Below are positions 46,516 through 56,238 of a stretch of DNA of 64,000 nt, in pieces (position 1 is the stretch's first letter; each line of letters begins with the position of its first letter). The position numbers and the translations under genes were made by a program. The stretch comes from Alphaproteobacteria bacterium (lineage in GTDB: Bacteria > Pseudomonadota > Alphaproteobacteria > RF32 > CAG-239), in the NCBI GenBank assembly GCA_017939155.1, contig JAGAZZ010000044.1:7756-71755 (forward strand). The letters are read 5' to 3'. The notes under the pieces were generated by a model. That model was not told where the DNA came from and made no database searches. It saw only the letters and a program-made list of their open reading frames with translations.

Positions 46516-47071
46516 CAGGATTGCCCCGTTTGGTTTGCAACGAGTGGAAATAGGCGCCAAGCCTCAAAGATATATCGTTAGCGATAATCTTAGCCGCATT
46601 TTTCTCGTTCTTTTTTTGCGCAAAAGTTGTCGAATACGGGTCTCTTAATATGTCATATCCGAGATAAGCCGTACTGTTGCCGCTGACAAGTTTTTGGTGT
46701 CCTTTGTCTTGTAAAACATAAGATACTTTATAAATAACTTTTTTACGCGTTGCCGTAATATCGTTTCTTAAAGCTTGGTCAATTTCCTGCTTGTCAATCT
46801 TTGTGACTTTAAGATAATACTTAGGTGATTTGGGCGCGCCTTTAGGCGTGAGCTTGTCAAGCAAATCATTGCGAATAAGTTGACCGATTCTATCCCGAAT
46901 AAGCTCGACTTTAACGCTGGCCATTTCCTCTTTAATACCGGTGTCAAATTCGCTGTCATAATACCACTCGCTATCTGTCTTTTTTTCAACATAAAGCGGT
47001 TCAAATCCACAGCCGGAGATGAAAAAGCCAAGCGCCGCCAATAAGGCAAAATTTCTATTTCTATATAACAA
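46505..47071 (-). CDS. lptE: LPS-assembly lipoprotein LptE
   Basis: Lipobox FISGC, about 190 aa, located immediately after leuS (11-nt overlap). Confidence 0.75.
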   Translation of the reverse strand: MLYRNRNFALLAALGFFISGCGFEPLYVEKKTDSEWYYDSEFDTGIKEEMASVKVELIRDRIGQLIRNDLLDKLTPKGAPKSPKYYLKVTKIDKQEIDQALRNDITATRKKVIYKVSYVLQDKGHQKLVSGNSTAYLGYDILRDPYSTTFAQKKNEKNAAKIIANDISLRLGAYFHSLQTKRGNPDEY

Positions 47072-49538
47072 TGTTTACAATCCTGTTAGGTACGACAATT
47101 ATTTTTTTAGGTTCAGAAACAGCAAGCTGCTTGGCAACGTTTTCCAAAGCTTTTGCGGTGCTGATAACTTTTTCTTTATCAGCATCGCGTTCAATTTCAA
47201 TCGTTCCGCGCATTTTACCGTTAATTTGGACGGCAATCGTGACGCTGTTATCTTTGGCAAGCTCAGCGTTTCCTTTCGGCCAGCCTTCTTTAACAATCAA
47301 AGTTTCATAGCCGAGCCTTGCCCACATCTCTTCGGCAAGATGCGGTGCAAACGGTGCAAGAAGCTTTAACAATGTTTCATACATTTCTTGAGGAATTTCC
47401 TCAAGCCCCGCCAAGTAATTAACGTATGTCATCATTGATGAAACCGCCGTGTTAAATCTCATTTGGTCGATTCTCTCACTTACCTCTAAAATACATTTAT
47501 GCATAACCTGCAAATCTTTAGCCGATAAAGCTTTTTTAGTAACTTTGCCAAAGAGGGCAAAAATCTTATTAATAAAGCGATAAACCCCGTTCAAGCTTTC
47601 ATCAGACCACATCGCCGTTTGGTCAAATGGACCGATAAACATTTCATACATCCTGAAAGCGTCAGCGCCGTATGAATCAATAACTTCATCAGGGTTAATG
47701 ACATTGCCGCGAGATTTAGACATCTTTTCACCATTCTCCGCCAAAATCATCCCATGTGAGGTACGCTTGTTATAAGGTTCTGATGTCGGTACATAACCAC
47801 AGTCATATAAGAATTTATGCCAAAAACGTGAATAAAGCAGGTGCAGCGTCGTGTGTTCCATACCGCCGTTATACCAGTCAACGTTCATCCAGTAGTCAAG
47901 CGCTTCTTTGGAGGCGAATTCTTTATCATTGTGTGGGTCGCAATATCTCAGGAAATACCAGGAAGACCCCGCCCAATTCGGCATAACGTCCGTTTCGCGT
48001 CTCGCTTTTCCACCGCATTTCGGGCAGGTTGTGTTCACCCAGTCTGTTGCTTTAGCCAAAGGAGAGTCGCCTTCATCGTTCGGTAAAAAATCGGAAATTT
48101 CCGGCAATTTAAGCGGCAATTCGCTCTCATTGATAGGTTGCCAGCCGCAATGTTCGCAATAAACCATCGGAATAGGCTCGCCCCAGTACCTTTGCCGTGA
48201 GAAAACCCAGTCTCTCAGTTTGAAGTTAATTTTAGCTTCGCCAAAACTATGCTCTTTAGCAAACTCAATAGCCGCCTTTATGCCGTCTTCTTTACCCATT
48301 CCGTTTAAAAATTCGGAGTTAATATGAGCGCCGTCTTCTTCATACGCCTTTTCAGAAATGTCGCCGCCTTCCAAAACCTGAATAATCGGCAGGTTAAACA
48401 CTTTTGCAAAATCATAGTCGCGTTGGTCGTGTGCCGGCACTGCCATAATAGCCCCCGTACCGTAACCGGTTAAAACATAATCGGAAATAAAGATAGGAAT
48501 AAGTTTGCCGTTAAACGGGTTTTTCGCTTTAATCCCCTTTAATTCGACACCGGTTTTAGAATCATCAGCAGTTCTCTGTAAATCGGATTTTTTAGCAGTT
48601 TGCGCAACATAATTTTGTATCTCGGCATAATTTGCAAATTTATCCTTAAAGTATTCAACATACTCATGCTCCGGCGCCATAACCATATAGGTCACGCCAA
48701 ACGCCGTATCAGGGCGCGTCGTAAATACACGGAGTTTTTTATTAAGCAAAACGCCGTTATCATCCGTAATTTCAAAATCAAGCTCAGCCCCTTCAGACCT
48801 GCCAATCCAGTTAATCTGTTGAGATTTAACCCTGTCAATAAAATCAACATCTTTCAAATCGTCAATCAGTCTGTCAGCATATTTGGTAATGGCAATCATC
48901 CATTGTTCTTTGTCTTTCCTGACAACTTCCGCGCCGCAACGTTCGCAACAGCCGTTAACAACTTCTTCATTAGCCAAACCTACTTTACACGACGGACACC
49001 AGTTGATGGCGATTTTAGATTTATACGCCAGCCCTTTTTCAAAGAACTTCAAAAACATCCATTGTGTCCATTTGTAATATTCCGGGTCGCAAGTGTTAAA
49101 ACATCTGTCCCAGTCAAAAGAAAGCCCGATGGATTTTAGTTGGCGGGTAAAGTTTTCAATGTTGGCTTTGGTGGATACAGCAGGATGAATACCGGTTTTA
49201 ACCGCGTAGTTTTCCGCCGGCAATCCAAACGCATCAAATCCCATCGGATACAAAACGTTAAACCCTTGCATTCTCTTTTTGCGTGCAATAACATCAAGCG
49301 CCGTATAAGACCTCGGGTGACCGACATGAAGCCCCGCGCCGGACGGATAAGGAAACTCAACCAAAGCATAAAATTTCTCTTTATCAGGGTCAATCTCAAC
49401 CTTATAAGCCTTTTCATCGTCCCAAATTTTTTGCCATTTTTCTTCAATCTTCTTAAAATTATAACGTTCTTCCAATGCCCAATCCTTTTTCCAGTCATCA
49501 AAAGAGTCTTTCCCGTTATATCTGGCTTTTGCGTTCAT
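47061..49538 (-). CDS. leuS: leucine--tRNA ligase
   Basis: 825 aa with YPSGAGLHVGH (HIGH) and KMSKSRGN (KMSKS) motifs and a CP1 editing domain. Confidence 0.97.
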   Translation of the reverse strand: MNAKARYNGKDSFDDWKKDWALEERYNFKKIEEKWQKIWDDEKAYKVEIDPDKEKFYALVEFPYPSGAGLHVGHPRSYTALDVIARKKRMQGFNVLYPMGFDAFGLPAENYAVKTGIHPAVSTKANIENFTRQLKSIGLSFDWDRCFNTCDPEYYKWTQWMFLKFFEKGLAYKSKIAINWCPSCKVGLANEEVVNGCCERCGAEVVRKDKEQWMIAITKYADRLIDDLKDVDFIDRVKSQQINWIGRSEGAELDFEITDDNGVLLNKKLRVFTTRPDTAFGVTYMVMAPEHEYVEYFKDKFANYAEIQNYVAQTAKKSDLQRTADDSKTGVELKGIKAKNPFNGKLIPIFISDYVLTGYGTGAIMAVPAHDQRDYDFAKVFNLPIIQVLEGGDISEKAYEEDGAHINSEFLNGMGKEDGIKAAIEFAKEHSFGEAKINFKLRDWVFSRQRYWGEPIPMVYCEHCGWQPINESELPLKLPEISDFLPNDEGDSPLAKATDWVNTTCPKCGGKARRETDVMPNWAGSSWYFLRYCDPHNDKEFASKEALDYWMNVDWYNGGMEHTTLHLLYSRFWHKFLYDCGYVPTSEPYNKRTSHGMILAENGEKMSKSRGNVINPDEVIDSYGADAFRMYEMFIGPFDQTAMWSDESLNGVYRFINKIFALFGKVTKKALSAKDLQVMHKCILEVSERIDQMRFNTAVSSMMTYVNYLAGLEEIPQEMYETLLKLLAPFAPHLAEEMWARLGYETLIVKEGWPKGNAELAKDNSVTIAVQINGKMRGTIEIERDADKEKVISTAKALENVAKQLAVSEPKKIIVVPNRIVNIVI

Positions 49539-49653
49539 AATCAGTACCCTCGCAATTGTTGTTTTATCCTAAAATTATCCTTAAATTACCATAATGAAAA
49601 AAAATTACAACGCTATTTTAAAATTTTTAAAAAAAACTTATAAAAAAACCGGG

Positions 49654-50316
49654 CTAAATCCCGGCATTTTTAGAAAAAGCTTCTTCGTTGGCTCTGATTT
49701 TATCATCAAATTTATCTAAAAACCAATTAATATTCTCCCCGTCTTCTTTAATCATCTGATAAAATCTTTTGCGGTATTCAATCACCATGCTGACCTCGGA
49801 AATCTCCACATCAACCGCCTGAATCCGGTTATTTCTGCCGCGGATAAGCTTAAATTTTACCGGAAGTTTTTGTACCTCAACTCCTTTCACCCCTTCAAGT
49901 AGTTTTCCGGCGTCAACCAAACAAGATACGGTGGTAAATTTGTCGTATTCCGTCACATTGTTAATTGAAAATTGTATTTTGCTTGCATCAAAACTAAGGT
50001 TTGTCTGGCGGTACAAACTCAAAACATAACGGTGGAATAGCTTGCTGTAGCGTTCTTTTTGCTCGGCGTTCATCAATCTTGCATATTTGCCGATGACAAA
50101 TTTTGAGATATACTCAAGGTTGACATCTTCCGTCATCATCTTATCAAGTTTAGCATATTTTTCAATCGGGTCAACCAAAGAAAGGGTTTGAATAAGCTCT
50201 TGTCCTTTGCTGTTAGCCCACAAACGAGCTTCCGAGCTTGGAACAGCTACGCCCTCAGCCTTAGCAGAAAAGCTCAAAAATAATGAAAATGCAAAAAATC
50301 TAATAAATCTAAACAT
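49654..50316 (-). CDS. MlaC/Ttg2D-like periplasmic phospholipid-binding protein
   Basis: Signal peptide, then the pattern VNLEYISKFVIGKYARLMNAEQKERYSKLFHRYVLSLY typical of the MlaC family. Confidence 0.7.
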   Translation of the reverse strand: MFRFIRFFAFSLFLSFSAKAEGVAVPSSEARLWANSKGQELIQTLSLVDPIEKYAKLDKMMTEDVNLEYISKFVIGKYARLMNAEQKERYSKLFHRYVLSLYRQTNLSFDASKIQFSINNVTEYDKFTTVSCLVDAGKLLEGVKGVEVQKLPVKFKLIRGRNNRIQAVDVEISEVSMVIEYRKRFYQMIKEDGENINWFLDKFDDKIRANEEAFSKNAGI

Positions 50317-50376
50317 CGTTCATTCCTTGTCAAAACCTGCCTTAATCATATCAGATAAAGCTTAAAAAAGCATAAA

Positions 50377-51831
50377 TTATTTTAAAACCGCTAAATTTTC
50401 AAAAGGTGTCGGTTTATACAGCAACTCAACAAGTTCTCCGATAAATCGTTGCGAATATTTTGTTTCGCCGTATGTCCTAAGCGCCATCAAATCAACATAA
50501 TCTTTAGTATAAATAAATTTCGGTCGGTGTTGTAACATTAAAGCGTTAATATCAACCGCACCTTTTATATCATATTCGGTTTCCATCACCGGTAAGAGCA
50601 TATCAAGCCCGAACCAATAGTAGCTGACATCGAAACGGTAAACATTAAAGTTCATATCATAGCCGTTCATTAACAAATCATCAGACGCTGAATTTTTATG
50701 AACATAATCAGCGAGTTTATAGTGCGTAAAACTATTATGTTTTTGCGCGCTGGCATCTACCGTATTAAAGGTATTGCCAAGATTTAAAAACATCAAAAAG
50801 ACCACACCGAGCGTTATAAGCTTGTGCTTTGGCATAAGCCTTTTAACATAAACGGATAAAATCCCTGCGGCAAGAACCGTAAGCAAAGTATAATAGTTCG
50901 GATGCGGCGCAAAATAAAACGCTCTCATCAAAAACTCTGCGCCATACAAAAGAGCAATAATCTTAAAATATAAATTTTCTTTGTTGTAGAAATATATCGC
51001 GCTCAAAAAAGCTATCCCGTAAAGGCTGAAAAATATTTTAGGATACCAAAATGCCCCTCTCTCAAAATAATAAACCATTGCTTGGTTAAACCGAAAATTT
51101 AGTTCAACATATTGAAGCAACGCCCCTTTGTAAGAGAGATATAAGAAAAACATAAAAATCACCCCAATAGCGGGCAGGGCGGCAAGAACAACTGTTTTTA
51201 CTTTCATCTTCTTGCAAAGAATTAAGCCTAAAATAATCCCCTCAACCGCAATCAGTAATAAAGAAATTTTTTGTAAAAATAAAACCGAAAACGCAAACCA
51301 AAGAAACGAGTAAACCAAATACCGCAAATTGTCGTATTTTAAGCTCAAAAACCAATAATAAACTCCAAAAACAAAACAGAGATTCATAAAGTTATCCGGT
51401 CGGAACTGATAAAAATTATAAAAGGTAATCAGGTGTCCTAAATACAGTGCAACAGCGCACCACGCCGCGCGTTTATCACCGAAAAACAAAACAATTTTAT
51501 AAAGCCCCCAAATTGTTAAAAGCCCGACACCGAAGCTTATCGCCCGCATAACATAAAAAACAGTGACATCATCATAAAACAGCCGAACAATCGGCGCGCT
51601 CAGATACCATAAAAGCGGATGATGGTGTTCGAAAAAGTCAAGATAAGGAACCTTGCCGATACTCACAAGCCAAGCAGCGTGCAGATGCTCAAATTCATCA
51701 ACAATCTGAAAGCCCGAAAACACCGCCGCATACAAAATACCAACCAACGCCGCACCGGTAAATATCTTCATTAACCGGATAAAAAGCGTATCGTCAAAAC
51801 TTTCCAGTTCTTTTTCAATAAAGCGGCGCAT
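50377..51831 (-). CDS. GT-C glycosyltransferase (PMT_2 / ArnT-like, GT39/83-like)
   Basis: 484 aa with at least 11 TM segments. The first-loop motif VDEFEHLHAAWLVSIGKVPYLDFFEHHHPL is typical of bacterial PMT_2 proteins. Confidence 0.65.
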   Translation of the reverse strand: MRRFIEKELESFDDTLFIRLMKIFTGAALVGILYAAVFSGFQIVDEFEHLHAAWLVSIGKVPYLDFFEHHHPLLWYLSAPIVRLFYDDVTVFYVMRAISFGVGLLTIWGLYKIVLFFGDKRAAWCAVALYLGHLITFYNFYQFRPDNFMNLCFVFGVYYWFLSLKYDNLRYLVYSFLWFAFSVLFLQKISLLLIAVEGIILGLILCKKMKVKTVVLAALPAIGVIFMFFLYLSYKGALLQYVELNFRFNQAMVYYFERGAFWYPKIFFSLYGIAFLSAIYFYNKENLYFKIIALLYGAEFLMRAFYFAPHPNYYTLLTVLAAGILSVYVKRLMPKHKLITLGVVFLMFLNLGNTFNTVDASAQKHNSFTHYKLADYVHKNSASDDLLMNGYDMNFNVYRFDVSYYWFGLDMLLPVMETEYDIKGAVDINALMLQHRPKFIYTKDYVDLMALRTYGETKYSQRFIGELVELLYKPTPFENLAVLK

Positions 51832-51854
51832 AAACGGTCATTTCCTTAAAAAAA

Positions 51855-53414
51855 CTATTTTTTTTCTTCATGATAATCCGATTCGGTGTTAACTGACCAA
51901 ATCTCGTTTTTATCCTTACATTCGCCTAAAATGTGGTCAACTGCTTTCATCGCCGCCAAAGTGGAATGGTCCATATTGTTATAGCGGTGCATACCGTTTC
52001 TGCCAACCAGATAGAGGTTATTAAGCCGATTGACAAAGCTCTTAACTTCCTCAAATTTATCGTATGTGCCAAAATAAGCCGGATATGCTTTTTTAACCCG
52101 ATGGGTATAAGCGTCTAACACATCTTTTTTATCAAAAATCCCAATTTTATCTGCTTCGTTAACGGTAAATTTGATAAACGTTTCGTCATCATCAGTCCAA
52201 ATCTTATCCTGCTCATTGCAAAAATATTCTAAGCCAATCCAAACCGTATTCTTAAAATCATTAACCAAATACGGGCTCCAGTTATTAAACACTTGGATTC
52301 GCCCGAGTTTAACTTCTCTTTCCTGTACATAAATCCACGTATCCGGCACAATGTTGTTAATCGTTTTAATCGCCGTTGTATTTTTAAGCTTAAGCTTGTC
52401 CAAAAGCACGCCGACAACTCTGAAATCCCGATACATTAATCCGCTGGCAACCTTGCGCACGTTACGCGGAACGTTGTTCATCGCCTCAATCAAATCTTTA
52501 ACCGGCATGGTTGAGATAAAAATATTTCCCTCATAAACAGTTTTATTGCCATTTTTATCCGTTGTTTCAACCGCGGCAATGCGATAATTCTTCTTGATAA
52601 CCCTCGTAACTTTCTGCCCGAAAATAATCTTGCCGCCTTTTTCCTGCACTTCCTCGGCAACACTTTGCCACAAATGCCCCGGACCATATTTAGGATAAAA
52701 GAAACTTTCAATAAAACTGGTTTCAACCGCGCCGCCTTTCTTGCCGGTGATGTTCTGCGCCATCTGTTTTAAAACTTTTAAGATAGAAATTCCTTTAATC
52801 CGTTGTGCCCCCCAATCGGCAGAAATTTTATCGCAGTCGATTCCCCAAAGCTTCTCGGTATAGTCCTTAAAAAAGGTCAAATACAATTCTTTTCCAAACC
52901 GGTTAATCATAAAGTCCTGCAAAGACTTTTCGTTTTTAATCGGAAAAACCAAAGCCTTTAAATAGGAACAGCCGATTTTAAACATCCGCCATAATCCGAG
53001 CCCCTTAATTGTTTCCATATTCAAGCTGACCGGATAAGAAAAAAACGTCTTAAGGTAATAAATCCGCGAGAGCCGGTTTCTTTTAAGCATAACTTTGTCC
53101 GTCTTTTCCGGATTCGGCGCTCCTTTCAGTTTTGACAATTCAACTTTGCGCTTCAAGATAATATCATCTTTGGAGGGCTTACCTTGCAGAGGTAAAACCT
53201 TAAGCCACCAGTCCATCACTCTTTCTGATTTAGAGAAAAACCTGTGTCCGCCCATATCAATTTTATTATTTTTATAATCAAGCGTGGCGCTGATGCCGCC
53301 GACAAAGTCAGCCTCTTCCAAGATAACAGGGGTAATATCCGAGCGCTCAAGCAACTCGTATGCCGCAGTTAATCCGGCAGGTCCCGCCCCGATGATAATG
53401 GCTGTCTTCTTCAT
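51855..53414 (-). CDS. FAD/NAD(P)-dependent oxidoreductase (amine-oxidase / UDP-galactopyranose-mutase-like fold)
   Basis: The N-terminus has the [15 protein letters not shown] dinucleotide-binding motif and ...GGHRFF. I placed the start at the ATG at 53414, preceded by AAGGAG. Confidence 0.75.
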   Translation of the reverse strand: MKKTAIIIGAGPAGLTAAYELLERSDITPVILEEADFVGGISATLDYKNNKIDMGGHRFFSKSERVMDWWLKVLPLQGKPSKDDIILKRKVELSKLKGAPNPEKTDKVMLKRNRLSRIYYLKTFFSYPVSLNMETIKGLGLWRMFKIGCSYLKALVFPIKNEKSLQDFMINRFGKELYLTFFKDYTEKLWGIDCDKISADWGAQRIKGISILKVLKQMAQNITGKKGGAVETSFIESFFYPKYGPGHLWQSVAEEVQEKGGKIIFGQKVTRVIKKNYRIAAVETTDKNGNKTVYEGNIFISTMPVKDLIEAMNNVPRNVRKVASGLMYRDFRVVGVLLDKLKLKNTTAIKTINNIVPDTWIYVQEREVKLGRIQVFNNWSPYLVNDFKNTVWIGLEYFCNEQDKIWTDDDETFIKFTVNEADKIGIFDKKDVLDAYTHRVKKAYPAYFGTYDKFEEVKSFVNRLNNLYLVGRNGMHRYNNMDHSTLAAMKAVDHILGECKDKNEIWSVNTESDYHEEKK

Positions 53415-53520
53415 CTTTTTCTCCTTTTCTCGCAATAATTCTTATAATACTTATTCATATATCAAATGATTAAATATTTTGCAATGCCTCAAACAAGCTT
53501 GTTAATGAAAACCAAAAAGC

Positions 53521-54801
53521 CTATCTTGTCTTTGAATCCTTAAAGAATTTTACAAAGTTTTTGAGCCGGCCTCTACCTTTTTGCGAGATGATGTCATTTG
53601 ACACAAGCCCTTTTTTAATCAGCTTTTTTCTCAGCTCACAGGCGCATTTTTTTATCGACATATCAACTTTTTTCGCATCTTCCCAGCCATTGACCTGATG
53701 TTGCATAGCGCGTAAAATCTTCATAATCGAAGCCGTGTGCGTATCTGTTCCCGCAAGTTCATTAGCAACATTTGGGTAGGAATAAACCATAGAAAGCGGT
53801 AGGAGCGGCTTAAATTTTTCAGGATATTCCCCAAGTTTTGAATCAAACCTCCCGCCTGCAGAAACGCGGTACGGGTGCGCCACGCAGTTGCCGATAATAA
53901 TGTCTTGTGCAATTCCGTTCAAATCATCGTATGACAAATATCTGTCTTTTTCCTTTAATGCCACCGGCACATCGGGAATATAAAAGTTCGTCCCGGCAAC
54001 CTTGCCCTCATCTTCTAAATGTTGAAAGCCGAACGCAAACTCAGAAGCAATCCTTTTTTGATAAGCCGGATACCCGAACATAACAAAGTTAACATCTCTG
54101 TCTTTATCAAAAAATCTGTTCCTGATTTCCGCCAGCATTTCAATATTATCTGCCGTAGAAATATCTTTTGGCGTCACCAAACATTCTTTAACAAATTTTT
54201 TATGCACGCCGCACGCCTTAAAAAAGCGCACATACATTTCAACTTCGGATTTAACGTTAAATTCAAGCTTTTTATCGCTGAAATTCGTATTCCCTTGATT
54301 GTCATGCAAGCCTAAAAAGACAAGTTTCTTCGGTTTGCCGTTTTTCTTAAAATCGTTATACCAGGCTTCAACCGCCGCCGCTCCCGACCCCGGATGACCG
54401 GAAAATATCACAAACGCGTCAGCCTCTTTAGGGATGTCTAAATAATCAACACCCTTAATTTCACGTTCGTAGCCGTCATATTTAATAACATCGCCGTTTT
54501 TAATCCGCCCCAAGTCTTCGGCTTCCAAAACCGTCTTTTTTTCTTCCTTAGAGAGCTTAAAGGTGACAATATCTGTCCTGTTTTTGACATATTCTTTAGC
54601 CATATTCGCCGCTTTAACGATATTAACATCAGACAATGACAAAAGGCTCTCGGCGTATGCAATGTCTTTGATATATTGCAGATAATCTTTTTTTATAAGT
54701 CCACGGGCTTTCCACTCTTTTTCATAATCTTTATAGTCTTTAAGTTCGCTGTTGGTATAATCTAGAACAATTTGTTCATATACGGTCGGTTTATAGCTCA
54801 T
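53521..54801 (-). CDS. hypothetical protein with a central DUF218 (YdcF/ElyC)-like region
   Basis: 426 aa. AFVIFSG...SEVEMYVRFFKACGV...DISTADNIEM...VNFVMFGYPAYQKRIA follows the DUF218 order of motifs. The SD is GAGGAG. The assignment is tentative. Confidence 0.5.
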   Translation of the reverse strand: MSYKPTVYEQIVLDYTNSELKDYKDYEKEWKARGLIKKDYLQYIKDIAYAESLLSLSDVNIVKAANMAKEYVKNRTDIVTFKLSKEEKKTVLEAEDLGRIKNGDVIKYDGYEREIKGVDYLDIPKEADAFVIFSGHPGSGAAAVEAWYNDFKKNGKPKKLVFLGLHDNQGNTNFSDKKLEFNVKSEVEMYVRFFKACGVHKKFVKECLVTPKDISTADNIEMLAEIRNRFFDKDRDVNFVMFGYPAYQKRIASEFAFGFQHLEDEGKVAGTNFYIPDVPVALKEKDRYLSYDDLNGIAQDIIIGNCVAHPYRVSAGGRFDSKLGEYPEKFKPLLPLSMVYSYPNVANELAGTDTHTASIMKILRAMQHQVNGWEDAKKVDMSIKKCACELRKKLIKKGLVSNDIISQKGRGRLKNFVKFFKDSKTR

Positions 54802-54866
54802 GCCGATTTCTCCTCTGTTGTAATATAGCTATATCTTATCTCAAAAAAGTAAATTAATCAATAAAA

Positions 54867-54896
54867 AACACTTAAACCCATAAGGGCTTAAGTGTT
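54867..54896. terminator. bidirectional terminator after gene 54903-55466
   Basis: AACACTTAAACCC-ATAA-GGGCTTAAGTGTT is a 13-bp stem with one mismatch, flanked by an A-run and a T-run. Confidence 0.7.
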
Positions 54897-54902
54897 TTTT
54901 TG

Positions 54903-55466
54903 TCAGAGAGTAAACTCCTTGGGGAGATTGTACTTCTCACAGAGAAAATCAACTCTGCGAGAAATGTCATCATTCCACCTGAGGCGCTCGTCACGAATAA
55001 AGGCGACAAGCTCTCCGGAAGCCTTCCGCACACTCTCGGCTTTTTCACCAAGATGTTTGAGCAAACGCTCCTCTGCGGAACCTTCACCTTTAAGAACAAG
55101 TGTGACCTTGTCCTCTGCAGGAACCGGCTCTACCCCGGGAATAATCCGCCCCGAGATAACCGAACAAGCCTCCTCAAACGTCAAAACGACTGTTTTGGGC
55201 TTGTTTGCCTCAGCAGACTTTTCCTTTTTTACGCGTGGTGCAGCCGGAAGGCGAAAGCCCTCGTTGTGCTTCTCGGCAGCTCGCGAAACTTCACAGCCGC
55301 AAAAAGTTGGCTGCCAGAAAGCATCTCTGCCGATACCTTCTTTATGAGTGATAAGCCTCCTGCCGCAAAATGCGCAGTAACACTCATTGTCACTCTCCCA
55401 GCGATACAAAGAAAAAAACTTGTCCCGAGGGGTATTCTTAATCTCATTTATTGTTATATTTTTCAT
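54903..55466 (-). CDS. hypothetical Cys-rich protein (CxCxxC...CxC)
   Basis: 187 aa counted from the ATG at 55466; the ORF track starts at a GTG at 55481. It contains CYCAFCGRRL...FCGCE. The gene looks GC-rich, with shadow ORFs in several frames. No SD and no recognised family. Confidence 0.5.
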   Translation of the reverse strand: MKNITINEIKNTPRDKFFSLYRWESDNECYCAFCGRRLITHKEGIGRDAFWQPTFCGCEVSRAAEKHNEGFRLPAAPRVKKEKSAEANKPKTVVLTFEEACSVISGRIIPGVEPVPAEDKVTLVLKGEGSAEERLLKHLGEKAESVRKASGELVAFIRDERLRWNDDISRRVDFLCEKYNLPKEFTL

Positions 55467-55575
55467 AATTGTAACTGCCACGGACTATCAATGAATGATA
55501 GTTTAATACGTAGCCTTCTAAATTAATAATATTTGTTTACAAACTTAGTATATCACAAAATCAGGGCAAATGCAA
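55467..55575 (-). promoter_or_regulatory. promoter/leader module d: TTGCAT-17-TATACT-16-ATTATTAAT-55-ATG
   Basis: -35 at 55570-55575, -10 at 55547-55552 (TGTGA extended -10) and box at 55522-55530. About 75 bp are homologous to module e. Confidence 0.55.
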
Positions 55576-55611
55576 GAACTTTTAACAACGGAAAAAACTC
55601 TAATTTAAATG

Positions 55612-55638
55612 AAAAAAACGGCTTATTGAAAGCCGTTT
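55612..55638 (-). terminator. Rho-independent terminator after gene 55644-56138
   Basis: On the minus strand, AAACGGCTT-TCAAT-AAGCCGTTT is followed by TTTTTTT. Confidence 0.8.
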
Positions 55639-55643
55639 AAATC

Positions 55644-56138
55644 TTAAGTTTCAGCAGGAACCCAACCTAAATCCCAGCCGACATAGGTGAAAGGTCGAGT
55701 AGCGATAAGCTCAAGCGAGATTGTGTCGCCAACCTTTGGTATTGTCTTCAATTTTTCTGTGTCAAAGACAATTTCACCATAAACAGGACTTTTGAGAACT
55801 GTGTTCTCACCGACAAACAAAACCTCAAACTTTTCAACGATTTCATCTATTCGGATATCCAAATAGTGACCGCCGCTGACAAGTGTGCAGGGAATAAAAA
55901 CATTATTTTGCAATCCATGACACCTGGAGATTTTTCCACTCACCTCCTCAACGAGATTTTTGTTTTCATCAAAGAACTCTCTTGAGTGGGGGTGGATGAA
56001 GCCCTTTTTCCCGATGAACTTTCCGTATTTCTTCAAAAAGTTCTTCCTCGCACATTCGTTCAGATAGTTAGGTCCCCATTTAAAAACGAAAAATAGCAAT
56101 ACAATAAGAAATGCTACTGTTAATAATAATTCTTTCAT
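55644..56138 (-). CDS. hypothetical membrane-anchored protein
   Basis: 164 aa with one N-terminal TM helix (LLLTVAFLIVLLFFVF). No SD and no recognised family. Confidence 0.5.
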   Translation of the reverse strand: MKELLLTVAFLIVLLFFVFKWGPNYLNECARKNFLKKYGKFIGKKGFIHPHSREFFDENKNLVEEVSGKISRCHGLQNNVFIPCTLVSGGHYLDIRIDEIVEKFEVLFVGENTVLKSPVYGEIVFDTEKLKTIPKVGDTISLELIATRPFTYVGWDLGWVPAET

Positions 56139-56209
56139 AGTCGTAATTTTTTAATGATTAATAATAAATTTAACAAACTTAACATATCACATTTTTTCGC
56201 CCAATGCAA
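56139..56209 (-). promoter_or_regulatory. promoter/leader module e: TTGCAT-17-TATGTT-15-ATTATTAAT-18-ATG
   Basis: -35 at 56204-56209, -10 at 56181-56186 (TGTGA extended -10) and box at 56157-56165. Confidence 0.55.
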
Positions 56210-56238
56210 GCTTTTTTGTCAAATTTTTTAAAGGGCAT

